This document shows positions 53,061 to 64,000 of a stretch of 64,000 bases of DNA, piece by piece. The position numbers and the translations under genes are program-made. The notes beneath the pieces are model-generated. The model saw only the letters and a list, made by a program, of their open reading frames with translations, made no database searches and was not told the origin of the DNA. Source of the stretch: Ophelia neglecta (Eukaryota); contig OZ260662.1 in assembly GCA_965285935.1 (NCBI GenBank), positions 78,058,001 through 78,122,000 on the forward strand. Reading direction: 5' to 3'. Positions within the stretch are counted from its first letter, which is position 1, and every line of letters begins with the position of its first letter.

Positions 53061-54295
53061 ATATTAGTTAAACACCTTATGCCGCCCTCGTATACCTAAT
53101 AAATCACAAAATGCCAGCTTACATCATGAAATAAAAGCATAAATGTCATGACTAGAAGTAAAAGAATTTTGACACCTCATCTCTGACCATTGTGTCAGAA
53201 CAAAAAAGTTTCAAAGCTTTATTAAGTTATAATTAAGTTAATTAAGTTATGTAAGGGCATATTATTGTATACGACATCCGTGCACCTTATAATATGCCTA
53301 GAGGCAACCAGAAGGTCGTGTACGAGATCTGCATACCAACGTGACGTGCTTCGCGAGATATTGCGAGATAAACAAGGCCGCTCGGATCAATAACGATATT
53401 TGGCTAGGCCAAGAAGTCACCTTTAGCATTTCCGTTATGGACCTATCATCCTTAAAACAGTGTTGACATCGATACAGAGCAAACGCGTCCATGTTATCTG
53501 AGTAACCCCCCAAATGTTTGTTATGATCTAAAGAGAAAATAACACTGGGCCGGAATCTTGTCGAAATCAGTAGCTCGATTCGCCGTGATTTTAATCTTCT
53601 TTCATTCATTCGGTGTCCGGCCGAATATCTTGTTAAGATAAGGGGCATATAGGAGAAGGACGAGTACAATGAGAGTGTTGATATGCTGTGCTTTTAAACT
53701 GTCAATCTCCGGATTGCTTGGACCTTTTTCTCTCAGCGTCTGCCTATCAGTTTCTATCTCATCAAGTCTTACCGTCTGACAAGCTCTTTTGAAAGCAAAA
53801 TCGAATGTAACCGCATTGGTGAAATTCAATGATATCAATTCAACCGCGTTGATCTCCTGAACCTAATATCTCGATGAAAACTTGGTCGTGTTATCCAACA
53901 ATGCCTAATCATTGACAATCCTCAAATTGCCAAGATGGATTCGTATCCCGAAAACAAAATTGGGGATGGAATATTTAACATTTCAGAAAAGCATAGTCAA
54001 TAACTCATGTGGAATTTCGTTTTTATTACCAGCATGACCAGGCGGACAATAAGCCTCTGTTGTTGTAAGTACAAATAAGGAACAAAATTCTACGACAAGA
54101 TAGGTTCGTTTTTAAATGAGGATATCTCAAACACCATCTAAGTAATTAACATTCAACCATTTCCTTATCGAGGATTTATAAAATGAAATAAATATACATA
54201 TAAACATATAAAAATATATACATATATACATATATAAGGCTGAAAAGCCAAATGTCTGGATTGTCCCCGTTACCAACCCTCTGAAAGCACCTTGC

Positions 54296-54380
54296 GTGGG
54301 TCCAGAAAAAGGCCCAGGTCCAGCCCCACTTTTTAGCAAAGGGGGTCCCCCCCCCCGGGCCCCCCTTGAATCCGCCACTG
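54296..54380. mobile_element. One end of a PIF/Harbinger-type MITE
   Basis: Ends ccccccgggccccccttGAATCCGCCACTG (reverse complement CAGTGGCGGATTCAAGGGGG, a common invertebrate MITE TIR). The other end was not found. Confidence 0.5.
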
Positions 54381-57300
54381 CCTCTGCAGGACAATGTACG
54401 GCTTTAAGGCAAACGCGTTCCGTCGGATACCACCCAGACAGCGGACTATATTCCCCGAGCTCCGTCCTGCAGATAGATCATCTCGGCTGTATTGGGGATA
54501 AAGCACTCGGGCACGTACTGCCTCGTAACTGTGTCAATATGTCCAACACGTGGGCAATAAACATCGACCTAGGACGGCTTTATTTTACAATGTCCTTTTT
54601 ATTACATTAATGTCAATTAACAACAAAATAAGAAAATAAATAAATATACTCGACACATTCATTAATTTTCGGTAAAGCCTTTTTTTCTTCGCATTTATTT
54701 TAGGAGCCTAGGCTAGTTCCAGTTCCTTTACCTTATACGCATTTTTCTAAAACTTCCTGCACCTAAATTGAATGTCCTTCAATTTCTTTAATACAGCCAT
54801 GAATCGCACCAGGAAAACATAATATGTGTAGTTTTGATCACAATCTATCCAACGGTACCATAAATGGTTGTGTGTACATTCGGGGGGATGCGCTGGGGAC
54901 ATTTTTAAACTAAAAAATGAACTTTGATTTTTTTTGATTTTTTTAAGCAGATAGGACTTTTCACATTAGTGAAAACGAATACTAGAAGAAAGCCCTGTGA
55001 GACATAAGGTACCAGAAACACACATAAAGAGTATTATTCCAATATAATTTAATGTTTTCTTATTTTTTCATATGTTGAATACCTATAGGAAAAAAGGGAG
55101 GTCTTAGAGCAAAAACAAAGTTAACAAGCGGTGTAGGCCTAATGTTTATTAATTATTAATTATAGCATTAGATTAATCTTACATCAATATATCTTTGTTT
55201 TAGCCTAAATAAATTTGATAATAAATAGATAAATAAATGCTTGGTTTCAGAAATAGAAATTAAGAAGGCTTGGACATCTCTCTCACCCCCTTCCCGTTAA
55301 AGAGTTTTAGAAGGGGCGTCACTATCATATTTACTGAACTTTGAGAGTCTTTGATACCAGCCCTAAATTTCGGTCTATGTTTTTGGACACACGCATCAGG
55401 CTATCACCAATCTTGCTACTGGCCTCGCATCTGATAAAAAAATTAATTAGTTTTTCTTCAAAACGAACCAAGTATCGCAGCCGATGAATGCCAAACCAAC
55501 GACAACATGTAAACTGGCATGAACACGTATTTTTATCAGATGGATTGTATTCTTTTGGCCCAATTATCTCAGCTATATGATTAAGATTTCCGGCCAAAAA
55601 CGCGCATTCATTGTATCAGTTTTATTTTTATCCAAAAAATTTAATTGTGGTCTACGCAAACGTCCTTAACGAAAAAATGTCACTGTTTATTTTCGTATTT
55701 CCCGCCTTATTTCGCTCATGTCTTTTATTATCGAAAGTAGATATTGGCCTATAGGGCTGCCGCGATTTCTTACCGGTATTGACGCTTTAATCTGTACCCT
55801 GAATCGAAAACTGTGGAGATGTGTTGAACTGTTCAGTGCAGAAATGTCAGTTTCCTCATTGCCGAGCACTGCCTGTGAAATGATGGCGATAGAAGCTTTT
55901 TATTTTCCGTCCTGACTGCCCAGATAGCTTGATAATCAACTCCTGAAAAATTGTGTCGCGGTAGTATCAGGAATGAAGCAGCAAAAACTAGATGCAAAGG
56001 ATATGCTTATAATGAGGTTTTGTGATAATGGACGAAATGATTAGTGTAAACTTCAAACGCCAGAGTGCTTATTATAAAACAAATTAACGTTATGCACGGG
56101 CCAAAAAAGCCCCATATCGAAAGTGCAGAATATGCCTTTACCCGGTCCGGCCTGTACTGAGGACCACATATAGCTCCCTCTATAGTCTGTATAGGACCTA
56201 TATCTATATAGGTACTATAATCCTATATTTGTTCTGAGGCGGAGACACAAACAATTAACCGGTTGGTAGGATCGATATCGGAGGTACAATATGGCCAGCT
56301 TTGTTACCAATCTAGACCCTTCAGATAACACGACTGGTCGCCAAATATTGACAAAAGTGGCGCTTAAGGGACCATTTCTTAAAACCGATCGGTGTCGTCT
56401 GACATTGCCCGAGGCGCGGGACTTTGGTATTGTCATTTGTGGTATAGTCGAAATATATCCGAGAGCTACAGGACGCTGAGAATGTTGGCATTTCAAATCT
56501 GTCACCGTGTCTACACACCTCCAAAAGTAGAATAATACACCCTGATTGCTGCCTACTATGGCACAGAATTGCCCGTTAATGACTACGGGACGTCAGTAAA
56601 TATTCACTCTGATATGAATATAGCCCAACACAATGGATCACTGATGATGACAATTGTTATGATGAGATCCAATCGCTGGGTCTAGTTTCGCCTCCCAATA
56701 AAAACTTCCTAGTTGGGCTCTTTCTTTTCTAAAGCCGTCATCGACCATACAATATATTTCTTAAAGTTATTTCATTTGAGTCGGACTTTGAGATATCTTA
56801 TTTAAGGCTCTAGTGACCGTTGGCAACTCCTTTGGGGACTTTTTTATTATCCCGTTCATAAGCCTTGACCTTCATTCGTCACTATAGTAGCATTATTGTG
56901 ATCCAGGTTCGATTCAGAGCCAGAATAAAGGCCGCAAATGGGCAAAACATATGCAGAATAAATGAGACCGTAATATGAAAAAGATAGAGCCTGCACACAA
57001 TATTTGCAGGGGGATAGTATGATACATTCAGCTGCATATATAATCCATAATTCAGACAATGTTGAGCCTCCTGCTAATGGGTAATGACCGCCAGGAACAT
57101 GTGTCGGACAGATGAGGTCCTATTTGGGAAGGAGTGGGGGAATTGCTCAATGTATGGTACTAATGGCTTACAACTGCAGGGAGATTAACAGGCGATATTG
57201 GAAAGCTGACTTTCCTATTCGCCCATCCAATGTTTCCAGCTTCCTCCTTCTGCCTTCAAGAGAAACAAAGCTCTTTAGCTTAGGGCAACTAAACCTTCTT

Positions 57301-60106
57301 TCTGAAATATGAAATGATTTTCGATGGGACTTTGTGTTGTTCCGACTTAGAAATGGCTTAGTCGTGGAGAATGTGAAACTTAAATGTGGTTGGAAGCAAA
57401 AAAAGTGAACTATATATGCCTGCAGGCTGTTAAAACATCCACCCTATTTGAAGAATACAATGAATTTGACAGCAGACCTGCAGCAGAATCAATTCTCTTC
57501 ACCGCACAACGAAATGCATTGTTATTACACAATAATAAGGGGAAAGCTTAAACAAAGGTTAACTGGAAATTGCCGTTTTTATGAATAATCTATTTTTTAC
57601 TTGTCGCCAACATTTAAAACCTTTGTGAATAAGAAGTGATCAGTTCAAACGGTTGATTCTCTGTTTAGGTTTAAAAGAATAAGATACAAATTTCCTATTA
57701 CTGAGACAAAGCATCGATTAAAATTTATTTCTTCGGCACTTGTGTGGTGTCTTACCAAATACACATTACACAGTTTTATACCAGGATTTGATACGTAGTG
57801 ATAACATGGACAGTCTCTGTCGAGGTATGCTCTTAAATCAATTGGATTTTGTTTTAGTTTATCTGGCGTTATCCTAGCCAATTTTCGCAGTTCTATGAAG
57901 TAATCGTTGATTTGATGTATGCCTATCCCACTATAATCAACTGAAAGGAAGAAACTGACAGGCAAGTGTTGTGTTCATTGACTCACAATTTTCATGTAGC
58001 TCTTATCGTTTGTTATTACCATTGTGATTGATACAGACCGACTCAGGTGAATTCGCTTTGCCTTCCTTGTAAACATTCCACAGGTCATCCATGATGCCCA
58101 ACGCAAAACGATAAAAACCTCCATGGCCAATCAGTCTAAGCTGCCTAGGAGTCAGCAACCCGGAGCGAGACCGAAGCAGGTAACTGTGATATTACAATGA
58201 ATATATTTTTTTCTGGTAGTATATTTCCTTTCTCATTTCATTGATCGCTACCATGTTTTTCCGGAGCTGAAATTGTGAGGAAGTTATAGCAATTCCAACT
58301 ATGACTACAGGACTGAACATATTGCATCCATTGCATGGGCCTAGAACTAGTGTAACCGTTTGAGCCCCCAAAATAGCCGCCTTCCACTGCTCGGCGTTTT
58401 TCTCTCAATGAACAAATGAAATAAGAATTGATAAATAATCTGCTATGCGACAGTGTAATTCTGCCGAGAGGGACAGAAGGCAGTTTTAATGACTATATCT
58501 AGGACAGTGTCCTGTGTTTATTTCTAGGCATGGGGGCTTAAGTATGGCCCTGAAGGGAGGGCAGCGATATCCACGTGACTAGATAGGTCCAGGAAGCCAG
58601 CGATTGTTACACGGGCCAAAGCGCATATCCTCCGTCCTGTCTTACAGATAAACCTCTAGCTTTCGCTGATCAAAAGATTGGCAGCGTTTTGTCTCTGGGA
58701 TGTGCAGAGCTTCTATAGGGGGATGAAACAGCGATCACCCTAGGGATGGCAAGTTGTTAAAAGACAAAACCCCTAGGTAGATTGGACTAGGAAAGTCTGC
58801 AAATTTGGCTTTGATAAAAACAAATCTAAGCAGAGAAATTGAGTAAAAGTGTTATCTTTGCTTTCGAGACATCTCTTCTCCCGAACCAGGAGCGTATCAA
58901 ATTGGTTAAGAATCAGAATAAGGAATCTCTCGTGTTCTGCTTCTACAGCTACACTGTTTGATGAACATCACCCCAGTCACCAAATTATTAAAATCAACAG
59001 GAGCTGGTAGCTCACACAGGACACATAATTTACACTAATATCAGTAATGATTGTCTATAATTTAGTTTTTCTAAACCGTCTGGTCACGTTGTACCAACAG
59101 CAGGTCCAACCCCCGGGATCCAAACCAAGCAGACTGGGGTACTTAGGTTTATGTATATTTAAACAGACATTGGCCTTAACCAAACGATCTCCAAAAGCTA
59201 TACAGGTCTTCAATATTTAGAAGACAATTTCAGGATAAATTGGAGGAAACAGGTCTGCAAATTTGCCATGATTAAACTGAGTTATTCCAGAGTACAACCC
59301 CTGTTGCTTACCGCTGTGGTTTGGAACACCTTGCTCCTTGATCCGCTTAAAATTTAAGAATTACCTGGTCTGATTGCATTCAAAACCAACGACAGAAGGT
59401 CCATCTCTTCAGTCTTGCGTTTTTGCACAAATATATATGCCTTTACATGTATAGTCAATTGATGGCAATATTTTAAATCATCGTCTATTTACTGCACTTA
59501 TATGGTTAGTTTATAAAGTGTGATTAGCCAGTTAGGTTTATGTATTTAAGGCAAACAAATTGAATAAGTATAAATATATAACACATATTTAAGGTACCGC
59601 ATCGTACCTAATGACAAAGAATTAATATAGGAATGTGCTAAATATTCCACAGTGACATTTTATTAGCATTAATATGTCGCCACTTAAATGAATTTGTATG
59701 CCAGTGGGCGAATCGTCATTTGCTCTAATTTGGAACTGATAAATGCTAAGTAGTATAAAATTGTATTCTAAACTACTATGAGACACTTTACCGAACAGGA
59801 GGTAAATTACTACCTAACTACATTGGATAGGAATAGTCATTAAATTCGTATTTAATAGAAATTGGACGTTTGGGTAGATGAAAAGTACTTTAAAGATGTC
59901 AATTTTTAAGCCAGAATATTAAAAGAGGTAACTTTTAATATGCCACCCTCAAATACTGAAACTAACATGACATTACCGAGCACCTCAATCGAGAGGACCT
60001 ATTCGAAAAACATGCATGCAGACGGAGCATTAGTTCTAAGTAGGCAAACGAAAACAGCTCTAGTAGGGTCACAGTGCCATTTCAGATACCCAGAAGCTTA
60101 CAAGTG

Positions 60107-60190
60107 CCCCCCCCCCCCCTCTCTCTCTCTCTCTCTCCTCCATCTCCTCCTCCTCCTCTTCCTTCTCCTCCTCCTCCTCCTCCTACTCCT
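60107..60190. repeat. Compound microsatellite poly-C/(CT)n/(CTC)n
   Basis: Nearly pure pyrimidine tract on the + strand. Confidence 0.9.
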
Positions 60191-60497
60191 GGGGAAACTT
60201 AAATTGAGCCGAGCAATGTAGTATAAGCCTTAGTAGTAGTCTAACACATAGACAAAATTATCTTTTTCCTTCCAACTTATTTAAAAGTAAATAATACCGA
60301 AAAAGGCGTACTATTCTATGTACATACTCCAATCTCTTCGCTCACAACCTTGAACTTGACCTCTGAATTAGTGTATAGTAAAAGACCACGCACCTGATTA
60401 ACAAATAATATACCTGTTGCAACCACTAAGAAGCATGAAGAAGTAGTATACAACCTGACAACATAACGTCATTGTCCAACCTGATTTGTGGAATGTG

Positions 60498-60590
60498 GAA
60501 ACTCGTGCCAATAAAAACCATGGCAAGTGACATAAGGAAACTCGAGCCAATAATACACATGGCAAATATAGACAAATACAAGCCATTAGT
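60498..60590. repeat. Short tandem repeat, about 40 bp x 2.3
   Basis: ggaaactcgWgccaataa..catggcaa repeated. Confidence 0.75.
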
Positions 60591-63500
60591 GTAAATAAAA
60601 TGAGTTAAGGTACCATATCTTGAACTTTCGATACTGCGATAAATCACGATTTATATGTTTATGGGAAATATAAGGTTTAAGGCGTGGTGACCGAAAGCCT
60701 AGCGGATAGATCGGAGTTTAGCCAGACGCACCTTTCACCCGTGTAGGCCTTTAGGTAGGGCATATAGTTTATAAGTACATTACGCTTGTCTCACCTTCGA
60801 ATTCTATCATGTTTGCAAAATACTCAACATCATAGAAGGATTTTGCATTAAACAAATCATGTGATAGGCCTACCGACTGGGCAATCTGCGAAAGGCGCTG
60901 TAAAATAGTCTTGAAAACACACTCATTCATGTAAGAAGAGCTCGAAATTGGACCACATACATGTCAATTCCTACTCAGAGAAAGCCACCGATGTAAGTGG
61001 CCCATGCTATATGCTTATACATGGCAGTAACCCCATAGATGTATGTTCATACGTTTATAGCAACTTAAAATGTTAGGGTAGGTAACCGGTTGTTGGTCAT
61101 GGAGGCTCCCAAAGAGCTTGCTGCCCTTCTGGCAATGTTTAATGAGCATGCAGTGTCTGTCATCATCGGCATTTTAATTAAAATTGACGAGCTAGGTGCA
61201 CCTAACTTTTAATGGTTCAAAAAACTACTTGTCTGTACATTGTTGATAACGATAAACATTGACTTGGTAATAATTAGTGATTCCCCGTAGTAATAGAGCA
61301 CAGCTAGTACTACACTAGTTACTAACACTACACCTCTTAATCGCCATTAAGGTACTTCACACCATTACAAGTTATTATTGTTAGTTATAGTTACCCCATA
61401 GTTACCTGCCTGTCCGCAAACTACTGTTGTGCGAGTACATTTTAAATCCTGATGCAAGATAAGAGGGAAGACTGAGATACCCGGATGATAAAACAACATG
61501 TTAGGTTTGGGTTGTGAAAAGGTTAAGTTAGTCTAACAAACACATATTATAATGAAATGAAAAGTTCAATCTTCAACCCTAACCGCTACCTCAAACCTGA
61601 GGCATGTTTTTAAAAAAAAACCACGTAGGCCTATTTCGACGTGTGTCAAGTTAATTAAAATTTTGGGTAGTCTTTTGATATTCGGCAAAATGTTTTAAAG
61701 AAATTTAATAATAAAAAAGCGGATTTGGGCACTTAGCACCCATCCTATTAAGTACACTCTTAACAGAAACCATCCTTTAAGTCGGGTCGCCCCCATAGAT
61801 ATTTTATGGAGATGCTCTCAACTGTCTGAAAGGCTCCCCACCCCCAACCACCGTGATTTATTTCATGATGATAAAAAACCTTGATAATATTGAAGTTAAA
61901 CGTGCACTTGACGTTGCAGTTCTTCTCGTGTAACAAGCAAACTGTAAATAAACATAGCAGGCCTGACGTCATTGAATGCTTGCAGCGCATGACTTGCGTG
62001 GCTGACAGCGCAACGGTTGCAGTTCTTTCATCGCGTCGCCGAATGCGTGTCGCGAATCTGGACCTAAGCATAAGGGTAGAATTTTAGCACTTTGATCTCT
62101 GACCTTAACACAGTGACCGTAACAAATTGTCAACCATATTCCGTAATAACCCATGCTTTCTGGTGGCCTATAACGCTACAAAACAGGCACACCACATTCA
62201 CAATATCAAAGTCATAGTCAACGACCCTAAGGCGACCTCGAATTTTATGACTGAATACTTTTTCAAGGTCGTATTAAGAAAACCAATCATTGTCTCGTAA
62301 TGGCTTAATGGGACAAGCCATGCATACCAAACGTATTGATGACTACAGGAAACCATGTGCCCTAAATCATTTGAGAACTATGATTTTATTGCCCTTTCGA
62401 ATAAACCCCGTTTTGTTTTATTGCACAATAATTCCATTGCAGTGTGGCGGAGATCCAACAACCAGTTTACTCTCAGACTTCAAGGACCCTCACGTCATAT
62501 ATTAATCATGTGTTTATGGAGACAAATTCATCTGTAGGCTCACATTTACAAGGGAGCTTAGTTCATCGTGAATTCTCCAACATCACAATTCTATTGTATC
62601 TCACCGTACGAAAACTGAACGTCGGGTAAAATACTAACCATTACCCGCGCCTCGTACGCGGCAATATTGGAGTAACAACTTGACATCCTTGAACTATTAT
62701 ATAAAACAATAATTAAGGAATCCATCTGTCAACCGACTTACGGTTTAGACATTTCGAAATCTCATTCAGTGTTAGCTCATACTGGTTTATATATAAGCAA
62801 ACGTTTGCTATCCGGCAACCTTAACATATATTCACACAACTTTAATATTTAAGTCTATTTTGTTTCTATCATATTTGTGTCATACATGTGAGCCGAAGTT
62901 TATTGCCCTAAAATTATACTGCATGAATTTCTAATGTCTAAATAGATGAAAGGTTTAAGAATACATGGATTCCAGTTCCTTGGAATAAATTCAGGTCAGA
63001 CGATTTTCTCTGATAATTCAAATAATCATGGTTCATAAATGTGTTTTGATATTTTACTCTTCATCCAATATGACATACACATGTGCAAGATATTAAGAGA
63101 ATAACAAAAACTGTAAGATAAGCTAATAACATTCTCTAAAGAACGTTTCTTAATGCTTGTTAAGTTTCAACATTTCAGAAGTATGGAGCTACTCGATCCT
63201 AGCATCCACGAGCTGACTTGCAAAATTGTTGCATCTACTCAATTTTCGCCTGACAAATGTGACCTCAAATCCCGGAAGAGGCCCAACCCAGAGACCCTCA
63301 CGCCTCATTCACGCGGAGATCTAGAAGGTCTATAGTTGTGTCTTCTGTGACAACAAGCCTGCGATGAAGTCCGATACTATTGTCCACACTTCAAACATGC
63401 ACAACAACTTATGCAGTACATATGGTTAATAAGGTTATGCCAGTAAGTAAAGCCTACACTCATATAGATACTGCATACGATACCGGAGATTTGGGGAATG

Positions 63501-64000
63501 ATTGTCAATTATGTGACAAGTTGCAATTGTTTATAATATTAGTTTTGTATGACAATAAAGTTCACAAAATGGATAGCGTTAATACACTCGATAATATATG
63601 CACGATAGCGTATATGGATGACACACACAATAAGCTTCATTTTAACTACAACGGCAGGAAAAAAATTGTGCATTAGAATTTCATCTTATATATGTTTTCC
63701 AGCTCATCCCTTTCTCCCTTATTTCTATTACTTATTGGTTCATCAATTTGCGTCAGTTCCTCTTCTTTCAATATATTTAATACTAAAATGCGTGCTTCAA
63801 GCGCTTCTGCCTCTATATGCTACTGAAAAGTCCTCTTCGCGTTTATTATTGTTATGTGATCGCAGTGTTATTTTATGCAGAGCTGTTTGATGAATTATTG
63901 ATTGCCCTAAGTTGGATCTCTTTCTTGAAAACCATTATATCAATGCAGTTTTGTCGCACGTCCAGGGGAGCAATATTCGATCAATTCACAATTAGTGTTC

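Overview
AT-rich, gene-poor eukaryotic DNA, most likely from an invertebrate animal; the taxon cannot be fixed from sequence alone. The only confident protein-coding gene is an intronless class A aminergic GPCR of the 5-HT1 (serotonin, Gi-type) family at 26429-27784 (+). It has a probable splice acceptor at 25963-25964 and a candidate poly(A) signal at 29082. The rest is non-coding: decayed LINE fragments (CR1/L2-like and RTE-like), a Tc1/mariner-type MITE, other transposon ends, 5S-rRNA-like relics, three minisatellites (about 80, 35 and 36 bp units), old local duplications and microsatellites. There is no CRISPR array, intact rRNA/tRNA or prokaryotic system. The most interesting signals surround the receptor. 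(i) Its UGA-C stop is followed by a hairpin and a reading frame that stays open for 90 codons, then 105 more after a single UAG (candidate stop-codon readthrough). (ii) The exon's 5' leader begins with an 86-codon frame with coding-like GC3 bias, followed by several uORFs (candidate bicistronic or translationally controlled mRNA). The palindrome TAGGCCTA is also strongly over-represented across the window. All calls and counts were made by eye, and coordinates of decayed elements are approximate.
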